Assembly (NCBI GenBank): GCA_963735805.1
Contig: CAVTMK010000004.1
Coordinates: 384,001 to 448,000, forward strand
DNA: 64,000 bases
Source of the DNA: an uncultured Verrucomicrobiae bacterium
GTDB lineage: Bacteria; Verrucomicrobiota; Verrucomicrobiia; Chthoniobacterales; UBA10450
Reading direction: 5' to 3'
Every line of letters starts with the position of its first letter. Position 1 is the stretch's first letter. A model generated the notes under the pieces. It saw nothing but the letters and a program-made list of their open reading frames with translations, was not told where the DNA came from and made no database searches. The position numbers and the translations under genes were made by a program. Below are positions 19,226 through 30,340 of the stretch, in pieces.

Positions 19226-20467
19226 GTGAACCACTGGCAGCGGGAGCTTGTCGCAAGCGCGATCTTCGCAATCACATACGTTCTCATCAGCGGCCGCCAA
19301 CTCAAAATTCTGCCGTTGAACCGCCCGGCTGCCGCCTTGTTAGGTGCGGTGCTGATGATTGCCACCGGCGTAATAACGCCGCAGCGGGCATATCGCGCAA
19401 TCAACTACGACACGCTGGTATTACTGCTGGGCATGATGCTCATCTCAGCCTACCTTTATCTTGCGCATTTTTTTGAATGGGCCGCGGAGCTGGTGCTGAG
19501 TTTTTCGCAAACTCCCGTGCGCCTTCTGCTTTACGTGACGCTCACTTCGGGAATTCTCTCGGCGCTCTTGGTGAACGACTCGATTTGCCTGATGCTCACA
19601 CCACTTGTTGTGGCCGTTATTCGTCGCGGGAAGCTGCCGCTGCTCCCGTTTCTGATCGCACTGGCAACGAGCGCGAACATCGGCAGCGTGGCCACGCTTG
19701 TGGGCAATCCTCAAAACATGATCATCGGAAATTTCTCGCGTATTTCGTTTCCAGAGTTTTCCCGCACTCTGCTGCCGGCGGCCCTTGTTGGACTGGCGAT
19801 CAATTTTTTTATTTTGCGTTTCGGTTTTCGGAAAATGTTGCGGGAGACGTCAATTGCCCGGGCGGAACATACGGCTCCAAAACTCGAACGCGGTTTGTTC
19901 GCGCTTGTTTGCGTTGTATTCGTGTCGATCTTTGCCGGTTTTCTCGCCGGATTGAACCTGGCGTGGACGGCGATGGCCGGAGCGGCACTGGTGATGGTGC
20001 TCGCGCGGCGCGACACGCACAACGTGCTCAAGCTGGTTGATTGGCACTTGCTCCTTTTTTTTGCTGCGCTCTTCGTCGTGGTAGACGGCTTGAGCGATAC
20101 CGGGTTGCCGGATGCGATTTATTCGCGGCTGCAGCCGATCTTTGGATTGAGTCCGCCGGCGCAAGCGTGGAACCTCGCATGGTTTTCTGTGCTCGGGTCG
20201 AATGTCTTCTCGAACGTCCCGTTCGTGCTTGTGGCAGGGAACTGGATCGCACGATTTACCGAACCTACGTTAATGTGGAAGGTTCTGGCGCTTGCGACGA
20301 CGTTTGCCGGCAATCTCACGATCATCGGCTCAGTGGCGAACATGATTGTGGTGGAATCGGCGCGCGATCATATCCAGGTCGGTTTTTGGGATTACGCGCG
20401 CTTTGGAATTCCTATCACAATTCTGACGACCGCAGCCGGAGTGGTCGTGCTACTTGTTTTGCGCTAA
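19226..20467 (+). CDS. ArsB/NhaD (ion-transporter superfamily) anion permease
   Basis: [32 protein letters not shown] and [12 protein letters not shown] motifs. Confidence 0.88.
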   Translation: MNHWQRELVASAIFAITYVLISGRQLKILPLNRPAAALLGAVLMIATGVITPQRAYRAINYDTLVLLLGMMLISAYLYLAHFFEWAAELVLSFSQTPVRLLLYVTLTSGILSALLVNDSICLMLTPLVVAVIRRGKLPLLPFLIALATSANIGSVATLVGNPQNMIIGNFSRISFPEFSRTLLPAALVGLAINFFILRFGFRKMLRETSIARAEHTAPKLERGLFALVCVVFVSIFAGFLAGLNLAWTAMAGAALVMVLARRDTHNVLKLVDWHLLLFFAALFVVVDGLSDTGLPDAIYSRLQPIFGLSPPAQAWNLAWFSVLGSNVFSNVPFVLVAGNWIARFTEPTLMWKVLALATTFAGNLTIIGSVANMIVVESARDHIQVGFWDYARFGIPITILTTAAGVVVLLVLR

Positions 20468-21442
20468 AAGGGCTTGCGTCGCACGGCGGTGGGGCGAGGG
20501 CATCGCGATATGGTCAATGGATTTAAACCACCGCTGCGTCGGGCCAATTCTGTTTGGCGTTGCACGACGATACACAATCAACCCAATCCGATGGTGGGTG
20601 AACGGAAATGTCGATCCATAGAGCGGGCGGCCAGACGCCCTTCTTTCCAGTCGCGGCAAAATCCACATCCCACGCCAGCGCGTGGATGATTGCTCTAGCA
20701 GGATCCTGCCGTCACCAAGAATAAATGCATGTCTTTCGATAAGTCGCTTTGTCCGTGGTTTGGATCTCTTAATCGGCAGGATTTCCGGATTTCTTGCGCG
20801 GCAAAATTTCTTCACCGGGCAAATCATGCATTTCGGTTTATGCGGCAGGCAAATGAGTGCACCCAGATCGATAAGCGCCGAATTGAAACACGCTGAATTG
20901 CGTTTCGGGGCAAGTTGCGCGGCATACTCCCAGAGTTTTTCGCGGCCCTTTGCAGAATCGATTGGGTCGCGCACGTTGTGTAATCGGGCCAGAACACGCG
21001 AGGTATTCGCTTCGACGATTGGGACTGATTGATTGAAGGCAAAGGTTGCGATGGCGTTCGCGATGTAGCGGCCAACGCCGGGCAGTCTGCGAATCGCAGC
21101 GATGTCGCCGGGCAAGGTCCCGCAGTGATGATTCTGCACGATTTTGGCAGCAGCACGAAGGTTTCGCGCCCGGTTGTAATAGCCGAGACCTTGCCAGGCG
21201 TGGAGCACTTCGTTTTGTGAAGCATGCGCAACCGACGCGAAATTCGGAAATCGGCGGATCCATCTATTATAATAGGGTACCACCGTGGCCACCTGGGTTT
21301 GCTGTAGCATGAATTCGGAGACGAGAATCGCGTAGGGATCGCGGGCCTTGCGCCAAGGCAGATCGCGGCCGTGGCGGTGGAACCAATGCAGGGTGGACCT
21401 GCGAAAAGCGCGAATGCGTGGGGATGAGCTCACTTGTACCAC
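20450..21442 (-). CDS. mutY: A/G-specific adenine glycosylase
   Basis: [30 protein letters not shown], HhH LPGVGRY and Fe-S motif [17 protein letters not shown]. Confidence 0.95.
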   Translation of the reverse strand: MVQVSSSPRIRAFRRSTLHWFHRHGRDLPWRKARDPYAILVSEFMLQQTQVATVVPYYNRWIRRFPNFASVAHASQNEVLHAWQGLGYYNRARNLRAAAKIVQNHHCGTLPGDIAAIRRLPGVGRYIANAIATFAFNQSVPIVEANTSRVLARLHNVRDPIDSAKGREKLWEYAAQLAPKRNSACFNSALIDLGALICLPHKPKCMICPVKKFCRARNPEILPIKRSKPRTKRLIERHAFILGDGRILLEQSSTRWRGMWILPRLERRASGRPLYGSTFPFTHHRIGLIVYRRATPNRIGPTQRWFKSIDHIAMPSPHRRATQALLAQNK

Positions 21443-21453
21443 AGGCTTCTAAT

Positions 21454-21523
21454 TGTCATGTCGGGCGGAGTCGAGACATCTCCAAATGTGCCAGAGATTC
21501 TTCGGTTCGACTTGGAGTGAACA
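21454..21523. repeat. TGTCAT-type REP-like imperfect inverted repeat
   Basis: TGTCATGTCGGGCGGAGTCGAGACATCTC...GAGATTCTTCGGTTCGACTTGGAGTGAACA; same family as 2422-2452. Confidence 0.5.
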
Positions 21524-21598
21524 CAGAAACAGGGGAGCGCTGAGCGCCCACCACGCCCAAGGCTTGCCGAAGGCGGGTTGAGCGTTGAGCGTTGGGCG

Positions 21599-22597
21599 TT
21601 GAATTCTTATACCCACGCGCTCTCGCACGAACAGGTCCCACAGCTGCGAACTTTACTCGAAGAACTCGGCTTCGAGTTTGCGCCAAAGCAGTGGACGATT
21701 TTCTTTGCGCAAAAGAGCAAGCTGAGCGTCGCGGTGTACGAGAAAGGGCCAAAAGTGCTCGTACAGGGAAAAGGCGCGGAGGAATTTGTGCAGTTCGAGC
21801 TGGAGCCGAAGATTCTCGGTGAAGCAAAGCTGGGTTACGAGGAAGTGCATTTGCCGGAAATGTTCCAACCGCACTTTGGTGTGGACGAAAGCGGCAAGGG
21901 AGATTTTTTCGGCCCGCTGGTCATCGCAGGTGCTTACGTCGACCGGGGGATCGCGCGCTCTCTTCTTGACGCTGGGGTCGTGGACAGCAAACGAATCGGT
22001 TCGGATGCGCGGATTCGCGCTTTGGCGGACACAATCCGGAAAAGTTCGCTGGGCCTGGTGGAAACCGTTTTGATTGGGCCGACGAAGTATAACGAGCTTT
22101 ACGAGAAGTTTGGCAATTTGAACAAACTACTTGGCTGGGGGCATGCCCGAGTGATTGAGAATTTACTGGAGAAAAAGCCCGATTGTCCAAGGGCGCTTTC
22201 GGATCAGTTTGCCGACGCGCGCGTGGTGGAGCAATCGTTGCTGCGGCGCGGGAGCAAGATCAATATCGAGCAACGACCAAGGGCGGAATCAGATATCGCG
22301 GTGGCGGCCGCATCGATTCTCGCCCGAGAGGCATTCATTAATTGGCTGGAACGCAAGGGGAAGGAAATCGGTTTGCGTTTGGATCGTGGGGTATCTACTG
22401 CCGTAAAAGAGAGTGCCAAAAAACTCGTGGAAATGAATGGGCCTGGCGCATTGCGCGCTGTGGCAAAAGTGCACTTCCGCACCGCCCATGAAACGGCGCC
22501 TGACTACTATCCCGCTCCAAGTCCGCGTGAGAATTGGACACGACCGCGGCTGGCTCGCCGTGACCCCGACGGAGGCGGTGGTTCTTTAAAACGTTAA
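21599..22597 (+). CDS. rnhC: Ribonuclease HIII
   Basis: N-terminal TBP-like domain (AVYEKGPKVLVQG), GVDESGKGDFFGPL, DSK, DQF, AVAAASILAR and KVHF; probable TTG start. Confidence 0.93.
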   Translation: MNSYTHALSHEQVPQLRTLLEELGFEFAPKQWTIFFAQKSKLSVAVYEKGPKVLVQGKGAEEFVQFELEPKILGEAKLGYEEVHLPEMFQPHFGVDESGKGDFFGPLVIAGAYVDRGIARSLLDAGVVDSKRIGSDARIRALADTIRKSSLGLVETVLIGPTKYNELYEKFGNLNKLLGWGHARVIENLLEKKPDCPRALSDQFADARVVEQSLLRRGSKINIEQRPRAESDIAVAAASILAREAFINWLERKGKEIGLRLDRGVSTAVKESAKKLVEMNGPGALRAVAKVHFRTAHETAPDYYPAPSPRENWTRPRLARRDPDGGGGSLKR

Positions 22598-22742
22598 GAC
22601 ATCCGACGCAGTCGAGAACCCACCCCGCAATTTCTAAGATTGCTTGATCTTCTTGTCGAAGACGTTATCCAGTTTAAAAAATCCTGTTTTTGTGCTTCAT
22701 TGAGCCACCACAAGGGCAACGCGGAACGAATACTACATTGAT

Positions 22743-23099
22743 ATGGCAAAGTTAACCAAGCGCGACATCGTCGTCGCCATTAGTAACCAAACCGGCATGG
22801 TCCAGCATCAAGTCTTCGATGTGGTCCAGCGGACGCTTGATAAAATTACCGACAGTCTCGCTAACAACATCCCGGTTGAACTACGCAATTTTGGCGTTTT
22901 TCAGCCGCGTCTGACCAAGCCAAGAGTCGGTCGGAACCCCAATCAGCCCGGAAGCAGTTTTGTGATTCCACCACGCGCAACCGTGAAGTTCAAAGCCGGG
23001 AAGATCATGCGTCAACGCGTCGAGAAGCTTTCTCGAGAATTGAAGGAAGCGGACGAGCGCAGGACTAAGGCGGAAACGATCGCACCGAACGGCGGATAA
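22743..23099 (+). CDS. HU/IHF family DNA-binding protein
   Basis: LTKRDIV, VELRNFGVF, GRNP and VKFKAGK motifs. Confidence 0.93.
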   Translation: MAKLTKRDIVVAISNQTGMVQHQVFDVVQRTLDKITDSLANNIPVELRNFGVFQPRLTKPRVGRNPNQPGSSFVIPPRATVKFKAGKIMRQRVEKLSRELKEADERRTKAETIAPNGG

Positions 23100-23135
23100 G
23101 CGACGCTCAAGAACGTCCAGCGGGTAGAGACCCGG

Positions 23136-25595
23136 CTACGCGAGCAGATTCTGAATCGTCTTTTCCAGGCGCTCAAAATTGATAGGCTTGGTAAGATGCT
23201 CGGAAAAGCCAGCCGCTCTGGCCTGGCTTACGTCTTGTTCCGTGCCGAAGCCGCTAAGTGCGATTCCGGGTAAATTCTTATTTAGACGCACTTCGCGCAT
23301 TAGGTCGTAGCCGCTGCGGTCCGGTAATCCAATATCGCTGATAAGCAGATCGAAATCCTGTGTGCGCACTTTCTCCACGGCCTGGTCAGCGGAATGCGCG
23401 ACGGTAATTTCGTAACCGCGACGCTCCAGCATTCTTTTCATTCCGATGCAAGTGTCATGATGGTCGTCCACCAACAGGACGCGTCGATGCGTTGCAACGG
23501 CCAATTCTCGTTCCGGACCCACGGGTTGTTCTTTTCTCTCGCCATCCACGCTGGCGGGCATGACTACGGTGTTTAGTTCCAACGAAAAGATGGCTCCCTG
23601 ATCCTTACCAGGACTTTCGACCCCGATTTTTCCGCCGTGCGCATCGATCAGAGCTTTCGAAATCGCCAGACCGAGCCCGAGTCCTCCAAAACGCCGGGTG
23701 ATCTCGGTCTGCCCTTGTTCGAACGCATTAAAGATTTTATCGATTTTTTCCGGGTCGATGCCGATGCCCGTGTCGATAACACGAACCTCAATCTTTCCCG
23801 GCGAGGGGTTACGCGTTTCGATAGTGATTCGGCCTTTTTCGGGGGTAAACTTCACACTATTTTTGATTAAATTCCAAAAGACCTGTTGCAGTCGCGCCGG
23901 ATCGCCCTCCACGTAGGTTTGAGTAGCGCGTAGATGAAAGTCCGCTTCGAGATTTTTGGCAGCGATTTCCTCCCGGCATATTTCATAAGCGCGCTGCAGG
24001 ATTTGATGCACGCAAATCGGTTCAAAACTCAATTGCAACTTCCCCTTGGCAATGCGAGTCACATCGAGCAAATCGTCAATAAGCCGCGCTTCCAATTCGA
24101 CGTTGCGCCGGACGACCTCGAGCGCTTCCCTGACCGGGCGTGAATCTGATAACTCCGCTTCCAACTCGCCTACCATCGCGATTACCGGCGAGAGTGGACT
24201 TCGCAGCTCATGTGATAGCAGCGCCAGGAATTGATCCTTTGCAGCATTCGCGCCAATCAATTCCTGTCGGAGCGTGACATCTCGTGTCTTGTCTTCGACC
24301 AAATAGAGCACGCCTTGAACAGTTTCCTGCGAGCCTTGCAGTCGAAGCAAATTGATATTCAAAAAATGGGTCATTCCGGTTTTATCTTTTAACGGGTGCT
24401 CAATCAGCTGAAAAGGTGTTCCAAAAGTAAGCACCTTTTCAATTGCCCCGGGCGGAGTGATTTTCACATCGTCGTATGTGATCTCCGTGATATCGCGACC
24501 GGCTGGCATATCGCCAAAACGTTCCGCCGTTTGGGCAAAGGCATGGTTGGCGTGGAGAAAACGACGCGAAACCGGATCGATGAAGGCGATGCCACTCGGC
24601 ATGTTCGCGAGCATTTTCTCGTTGAAGATTACTTCCCGTTCCAGCCGCTGCTTGGCTTCCACCTGGCGTTGGTAATACCCGCTGCCCAGCCATGCGAAGA
24701 CCGCCGTGAGAACGATCAACCACGCTGCCAATACAGTCATCCGACCCAAAAGATCATGAACCGGTTTGTAAGCCAGGGCCCTCGGTTGCTCCACCACAGC
24801 CACCCAACCAGTGGATTCAATCGGGCTGAAGGAATAAAGATTATTGTGCCGCTCGAAATGGCCGCTTTTGCTCTGGTAGATCTCTCTGAGCAATCCTTCG
24901 TTTGCCTTGGGTGCGGGCGTTGCGGGATTTGGCTTGAAATCGCTGGCGAAAAGCGCCACCCCATTTTGGTCGAGTACCTCAAAGAGAAGCCGATCTGCAA
25001 ACTCAATCGTGGACAAGCGTCGGCCAATTCTCTCTACAAGGACGGAAACGCCGACATAACCCAGGATGGTTCGGTCTGGGGCACGTACAGCACCGACGAT
25101 ATCGGTGACCGGCCGGTTATCCGACAGACGGGAATGAATTGGCGAGACAAAGGTTGCGTCTACGGCCGCCGCTTGCTCGCGCCAGTACGCGGAACCAAAA
25201 TCCTTGCCGATCATCTCCGAAGCGGTGGGGATCGACGCGATCAAGTCGCCATTGGCTTTGGTGATGAACATCCCATCGATCTGCGGGTGCGAATAAAACG
25301 CCGAGTTGAGCCATTGTTGAGTCAGTTGTGGATCCGGCGCGCTTAAATTCTGCACCACCTCGGGCAGCGTTTGATAATATTCGATAACGCTACTGCTGCG
25401 GCTTAGATCATGGGCGACCAGATGGCTTACCAGTTGAATCAAGGTTTGGCGGTCGCGCAGGATTCTTGATTCCAAGGTATCGCGTAGGATTGTGTAGGAG
25501 ACAATCAGGGTCAGGATTGATGGAATCCAACCCGCCAGGAGAATAGGAAATATGATCTTGAAACGTTCGAAACGCTCGCGCCTTCGTTTCGTCAT
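23136..25595 (-). CDS. Hybrid sensor histidine kinase (TM-Cache-TM-PAS-HisKA-HATPase-REC)
   Basis: H-box LSHELRSPL, N-box NLIKNSVKFT, DTGIG, GGLGLGL; receiver LLVDD, SDIGLP, TKP. Confidence 0.93.
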   Translation of the reverse strand: MTKRRRERFERFKIIFPILLAGWIPSILTLIVSYTILRDTLESRILRDRQTLIQLVSHLVAHDLSRSSSVIEYYQTLPEVVQNLSAPDPQLTQQWLNSAFYSHPQIDGMFITKANGDLIASIPTASEMIGKDFGSAYWREQAAAVDATFVSPIHSRLSDNRPVTDIVGAVRAPDRTILGYVGVSVLVERIGRRLSTIEFADRLLFEVLDQNGVALFASDFKPNPATPAPKANEGLLREIYQSKSGHFERHNNLYSFSPIESTGWVAVVEQPRALAYKPVHDLLGRMTVLAAWLIVLTAVFAWLGSGYYQRQVEAKQRLEREVIFNEKMLANMPSGIAFIDPVSRRFLHANHAFAQTAERFGDMPAGRDITEITYDDVKITPPGAIEKVLTFGTPFQLIEHPLKDKTGMTHFLNINLLRLQGSQETVQGVLYLVEDKTRDVTLRQELIGANAAKDQFLALLSHELRSPLSPVIAMVGELEAELSDSRPVREALEVVRRNVELEARLIDDLLDVTRIAKGKLQLSFEPICVHQILQRAYEICREEIAAKNLEADFHLRATQTYVEGDPARLQQVFWNLIKNSVKFTPEKGRITIETRNPSPGKIEVRVIDTGIGIDPEKIDKIFNAFEQGQTEITRRFGGLGLGLAISKALIDAHGGKIGVESPGKDQGAIFSLELNTVVMPASVDGERKEQPVGPERELAVATHRRVLLVDDHHDTCIGMKRMLERRGYEITVAHSADQAVEKVRTQDFDLLISDIGLPDRSGYDLMREVRLNKNLPGIALSGFGTEQDVSQARAAGFSEHLTKPINFERLEKTIQNLLA

Positions 25596-25934
25596 TGTGT
25601 CTTCCAACTGATGCCTATCGGTTGCGAAAGTTGGCCCATCACGGTTACTCTACTCGCTGCTTCAGGCAAGGATGAATGTCGCCAACAGAGAACAAGTCAG
25701 AATAAATAGGGGTCAGCCCAATCCACACGAAGAATTGCTTGTTTCCCACCAATCAAGGAGATTGCCAGACCGCTCGCCCTCTCAATTACGAAAATCGAGA
25801 GGAGATTGTTGTGTATCAACAGAATGCGGCGGCGGTTTTCAGAGGCAAACGTGCGATTTTTGAATTGACGCAAATGGTGAAAGCGGCATCATGTCGGGCT
25901 TACCCCGAAAACCGTTCGGGGCTGTAGAACTCCC

Positions 25935-27440
25935 ATGCAAGGAAGCCTCGGACACATTATCTGGTCGATTTGTTATCTCGGCGTGCTCATTGGGCTTTCG
26001 GCTTATGGCATCCACAGATATTTCATCATCTATTTGTACCTGAAAAACCGGAAGCGGGCACCAGTTCCGGCACGTCACTTTGAAGCGCTCCCGAAGGTAA
26101 CGGTGCAGCTTCCGATCTTTAACGAAGTGTACGTCGCTGAGCGGTTGCTGTATTCCGTAAGTGAACTGGATTATCCGCGGGAGCTTCTGCAAATCCAGGT
26201 TCTGGACGATTCAACCGACGAAACCCGCGACATCACCGCCGCGTGTGCAAAGGAACTACAAGAGCGCGGCTTCAATGTTCAGCGCATTCATCGAGTCGAT
26301 CGCACCGGTTTCAAAGCCGGCGCTTTGGCAACAGGTCTCCAGGCAGCCGAAGGCGAATTCGTTTGTATCTTGGACGCCGATTTTGTCCCAGAAAGGGATT
26401 TACTGAAGCGAACTATTCATTACTTCACTGACCCGGAAGTGGGAATGATCCAGACCCGCTGGGGCCATTTGAATCGTGGGTATTCGTTGCTGACCCGGAT
26501 GCAGGCCATCTTTTTGGACGGACACCTCTTACTGGAGCAAACCGCGCGCAGCCGCAGCGGCAGGTTTTTCAATTTTAATGGAACCGCCGGTCTGTGGCGG
26601 CGTTCCTGTATCGAACAGAGCGGCGGCTGGCAATATGACACGCTATGCGAGGATCTCGATCTCAGCTATCGCGCTCAGCTCGCCGGCTGGAAATTTATCT
26701 ATCTCTCGGACGTTGTGACTCCGGCAGAATTGCCGGTGGACATGAACGGCTTCAAGTCTCAACAGCATCGCTGGACAAAAGGGTCTGTTCAAACCTGTAA
26801 GAAATTATTACCCACAATTTGGCGTAGCCACCTTCCGTTTCCGATCAAGCTTGAGGCCACCGGGCATTTGATGTCGAACTTCGCCTATTTGCTGCTCGCC
26901 TGTCTCTGCGTGCTCTTGCACCCCTCGTCCGGAGGCCCTCAGGGTGGATGGATGCGCACCGTGCTTATCGACATTCCAATCTTTCTCGCGGCGTCGGCCT
27001 CAGTCGCGGTGTTTTATATTTGTGCCCAACGTGAACTGCATCCACGGACATGGATGAAAGAGATCCTTTTTCTGCCATTCCTGCTTGCCTTGGGAATTGG
27101 CCTGTCCCTCAACAATGCCCGAGCCGTTCTGGAGGCGCTAATCAATCACAAATCTGACTTCACGCGCACACCCAAGTATGGAATTGAACGAAAATCGCAG
27201 CGGTGGCGAGGCTGCAAATACCGGCCTCTTCAATCAGCGCTTCCGTTGGCGGAACTGGGTTTCGCCATCTATTTCACGTACTTCGTAGTATTCGCGATCT
27301 CGCATGGCCAGTTTTTTTCAGTACCCTTTCTGCTGATGTTCCAAGGCGGTTTCCTGTACGTTTGTGTCTGTTCATTGAGCAGTCGCTGGTCAAAAATCAA
27401 TTTTGGCAGATCTGGCGCGGGCGAAGCAATTCCCGCGTGA
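25935..27440 (+). CDS. Processive GT2 glycosyltransferase (cellulose/mannan-synthase-like)
   Basis: VQLPIFNE, DDS, KAGAL, DAD, CED, QQHRW and FTRTPK motifs; multiple TMs. Confidence 0.9.
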   Translation: MQGSLGHIIWSICYLGVLIGLSAYGIHRYFIIYLYLKNRKRAPVPARHFEALPKVTVQLPIFNEVYVAERLLYSVSELDYPRELLQIQVLDDSTDETRDITAACAKELQERGFNVQRIHRVDRTGFKAGALATGLQAAEGEFVCILDADFVPERDLLKRTIHYFTDPEVGMIQTRWGHLNRGYSLLTRMQAIFLDGHLLLEQTARSRSGRFFNFNGTAGLWRRSCIEQSGGWQYDTLCEDLDLSYRAQLAGWKFIYLSDVVTPAELPVDMNGFKSQQHRWTKGSVQTCKKLLPTIWRSHLPFPIKLEATGHLMSNFAYLLLACLCVLLHPSSGGPQGGWMRTVLIDIPIFLAASASVAVFYICAQRELHPRTWMKEILFLPFLLALGIGLSLNNARAVLEALINHKSDFTRTPKYGIERKSQRWRGCKYRPLQSALPLAELGFAIYFTYFVVFAISHGQFFSVPFLLMFQGGFLYVCVCSLSSRWSKINFGRSGAGEAIPA

Positions 27441-27471
27441 CAAATTCAAATTCTTGATTAAAAGGTTGCGG

Positions 27472-28200
27472 ATGCTTCGGCCTCTAGCTGTAGTTTTTAG
27501 TGTCATGTCGATTGTGCCGGCCTTCGCCGTCACGCCGGTCGATACATCCAGCCAGATTATCATCAGCGTGCGTGATCAGAAGCTAATGTTTGTACAGAAC
27601 GGCGAGAAAGTGGCGACTTACCCGGTGTCCACGTCCATGTTCGGGCTTGGCGATTCCTGGGGACGAATGACAACGCCTCTGGGTTACCTGGCGGTTGAGA
27701 AAAAAATTGGAGACCATGCACCGACAGGCGCCGTCTTTCATAATCGGCGATTGACTGGCGAAGTTCTTCAGCCCAATGCTCCCGGCCGCGATCCGGTGAC
27801 CACGCGTATCATCTGGTTGCGCGGGCTTGAAGCGCAAAACGCTCATGCTTTTCGCCGTGGCATTTATATTCATGGCACGCCGCAGGAGAAGAGAATCGGC
27901 AGCCCGGCCAGTTATGGCTGCATTCGAATGAAGTCGAGCGACGTGGCCACACTTTATGATCGCGTGCCCCTGGGGGCGCTTGTGCAGATTACCCCCGAAC
28001 ACTTGCCGAAAGTTTCAAAGGCGCCGCGAGTGCAGCCAACTAATACTATCGTCGCTGCCAGCCCAAAACCTCAGAACCACGACGAGACACTTTCTGCTTC
28101 GGCTTCCGACGATACGCTCTCAGTCGAACAAATGCGAAAGGGTGGGGCGCTTGCCGCGCAGAAGCAAAAAGCGAAGCTGGAATTGAATAAACGGTTGTAG
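27472..28200 (+). CDS. L,D-transpeptidase (YkuD family), exported
   Basis: Signal peptide; YPVST, TPLG and IYIHGT...SYGCIRM catalytic motif. Confidence 0.9.
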   Translation: MLRPLAVVFSVMSIVPAFAVTPVDTSSQIIISVRDQKLMFVQNGEKVATYPVSTSMFGLGDSWGRMTTPLGYLAVEKKIGDHAPTGAVFHNRRLTGEVLQPNAPGRDPVTTRIIWLRGLEAQNAHAFRRGIYIHGTPQEKRIGSPASYGCIRMKSSDVATLYDRVPLGALVQITPEHLPKVSKAPRVQPTNTIVAASPKPQNHDETLSASASDDTLSVEQMRKGGALAAQKQKAKLELNKRL

Positions 28201-28322
28201 CTCGACCTTGGACAGTTACGCCGTTTGCGGGTCCGGGGGGTGAATCCACGCCTGGGAAACCTGAAGGGTTGACAATCGTAACGCGTTGACGAGCGTGCAG
28301 GTCCATCATTTTTTGATTTACA

Positions 28323-28574
28323 ATGGCAAACACGAAATCAGCCGCCAAACGCGCCCGCCAGACTTTAAGACGATCGCTTCGCAATCGTGCCGTCGTGACG
28401 CGTCTCCGAACAATGCAGAAAACGGTTCGCTCAGACAAAAAGCCGAGCACGGAACAAATTCGCGCATTGATCTCAGCTATCGATAAAGCTGCCAAGCGCG
28501 GGATCATTCACGAAAATGCTGCGAATCGACGCAAGGCGCGGCTCAATAAGGTGTTCGCAGGAACGGCGAAATAA
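28323..28574 (+). CDS. rpsT: 30S ribosomal protein S20
   Basis: MANTKSAAKRARQ...IDKAAKRGIIHENAANRRKARL. Confidence 0.97.
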   Translation: MANTKSAAKRARQTLRRSLRNRAVVTRLRTMQKTVRSDKKPSTEQIRALISAIDKAAKRGIIHENAANRRKARLNKVFAGTAK

Positions 28575-28702
28575 TTTGGAGCAATCGCTCCGCAGCCGAA
28601 AGCAATATCGAGCCAGTTGTCGCCCCCGCGTACCGGTCTCTCAGAGGCGCTGCTGCAGTAAATGCCAATTGCATATCTTGTCGGACGGATAGATTCTTCT
28701 CG

Positions 28703-29290
28703 ATGATTCCAGCTTTTCTGCTTGTGCTTTCAGTTGCGGCCTATCGCATTACCACCGGCTTTTTGATTCATTCGGGGGCGACCTGGCTTTCCAATTTCAC
28801 GCCGCTCGCGGCAATCGCTCTCTGTAGCGCGGCGTACTTTCCAAACAGATACAAGTTCTCGATACCGCTGGTTACGCTTTTTATTTCTGATGCAGTACTT
28901 AACTTCCGCTACGGCGCGCCGCTGCTCGATTCACAAATCGTTGTCCGGTACGTCGCGTTGGCTGCCGTTGGATGTGCCGGCCTTCTTCTGCAGAACCGAA
29001 CATCGCTGAAAACGCTTTTGCCCGCTTCCATCGCTGGATCGATATTTTTTTATGTTATCACAAACGCGTTTTCGTGGTTGAGCGATCCTGGCTACACAAA
29101 AACCGTGGCGGGCCTCATTCAAGCGCTGACAACCGGATTACCTAATTACAGCGCTACCCCCAGTTGGATGTTCTTCCGCAATTCGCTGATCAGCGATCTT
29201 TTGTTTACACTGCTTTTTGTCCTTTCTATTAACCTTGGCAGAAGTGCAGACGGCTCACGCGCCCGTGCCGCGGTTCCGCGCGCGGCTTGA
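28703..29290 (+). CDS. DUF6580-like putative transport membrane protein
   Basis: NFTPLAAIAL, LFISD, FFYVITN and GLP...FFRNSLISD pattern. Confidence 0.7.
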   Translation: MIPAFLLVLSVAAYRITTGFLIHSGATWLSNFTPLAAIALCSAAYFPNRYKFSIPLVTLFISDAVLNFRYGAPLLDSQIVVRYVALAAVGCAGLLLQNRTSLKTLLPASIAGSIFFYVITNAFSWLSDPGYTKTVAGLIQALTTGLPNYSATPSWMFFRNSLISDLLFTLLFVLSINLGRSADGSRARAAVPRAA

Positions 29291-29296
29291 GCCGTC

Positions 29297-30340
29297 ATGC
29301 AGCCGGTGGAGCAGCGCGACGAAGTCGAGATGCTCTCGCTGATGCTGTTGATTCGGCGGTTCGAAGAACGCGCCAGCCAGCAGTATCAAGCGCAGAAGAT
29401 CGGCGGTTTTTGTCATCTTTACATTGGACAAGAAGCAGTTGTGACCGGCGCTATCGCTGCCGTGCGTGATGATGACTACATTATCACCGCTTACCGCGAT
29501 CATGCGCACGCTCTTGCTCGCGGTACGACTGCCGACGCATGCATGGCTGAGCTTTTTGGAAAAGAAACGGGGTGCTCACGCGGCCTAGGCGGCTCGATGC
29601 ATTTTTTCGACAAGAAGCATCACATGTACGGTGGTCACGCCATTGTCGCCGCTCACGTTCCGCTGGCAGTTGGATTGGCTTTCGCCATCAAATACCGTGG
29701 CGAAGATCGTGTGACGCTCTGCTTTTTCGGTGATGGAGCGATCAATCAAGGCGCCTTCCACGAAGCGCTAAACCTCGCAGCTCTTTATAAATTGCCAATC
29801 GTTTTCATTTGTGAAAACAACCTGTTCGCCATGGGTACTTCCGTGAAGCGCTCGACGTCGCTAGGGCAAATCGTCGATCGCGCGGAAGGTTACGACATTC
29901 CAGGAGAAATTATCGATGGAATGAACTTTCGCGAAGTTCGTGACAAGGTTGCTGAGATTGTCGAGTCCATTCGTAAAGAGGCGCACCCGGCGTTCCTGGA
30001 AATGCGAACCTATCGCTATCGAGGCCACTCCATGTCGGATCCGGCCAGTTATCGAACGAAACAGGAATTGGAGAAATATCGCCTCGATGATCCGATCACC
30101 CGTTTGCGAGCGCAGCTCACCCGGGAGGGAAAATTAACAAATGAACAGTTCGATCTGCTCGACAAGCGGGCAAAAGAAACGGTACTGGCGGCGGTGAAGT
30201 TTGCCGAGAAAAGTTCCCAGCCGCCGCTCGATACACTTTACAATTATACATATGCCAACGGAGGTGCAGCGTCAGGCTCCGCCGTAGAATCCGATGAATC
30301 CGCAGCCGATAGAGTCGTCAATAGAGAAGAGAGGCGATGA
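29297..30340 (+). CDS. pdhA: Pyruvate dehydrogenase E1 alpha
   Basis: IGGFCHLYIGQEA, GGSMH, GDGA...ENN TPP motif, TYRYRGHSMSD. Confidence 0.97.
   Translation: MQPVEQRDEVEMLSLMLLIRRFEERASQQYQAQKIGGFCHLYIGQEAVVTGAIAAVRDDDYIITAYRDHAHALARGTTADACMAELFGKETGCSRGLGGSMHFFDKKHHMYGGHAIVAAHVPLAVGLAFAIKYRGEDRVTLCFFGDGAINQGAFHEALNLAALYKLPIVFICENNLFAMGTSVKRSTSLGQIVDRAEGYDIPGEIIDGMNFREVRDKVAEIVESIRKEAHPAFLEMRTYRYRGHSMSDPASYRTKQELEKYRLDDPITRLRAQLTREGKLTNEQFDLLDKRAKETVLAAVKFAEKSSQPPLDTLYNYTYANGGAASGSAVESDESAADRVVNREERR

Noticed and set aside
24396..25346. 316-aa plus-strand ORF
   Set aside because: Antisense shadow of the sensor kinase with no recognisable motifs.
28575..28702. Possible cobalamin riboswitch before the DUF6580-like gene (GCCCCCGC seen)
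   Set aside because: No AGGGAA/GGTG...TCC core or B12 box, and the space is too short.
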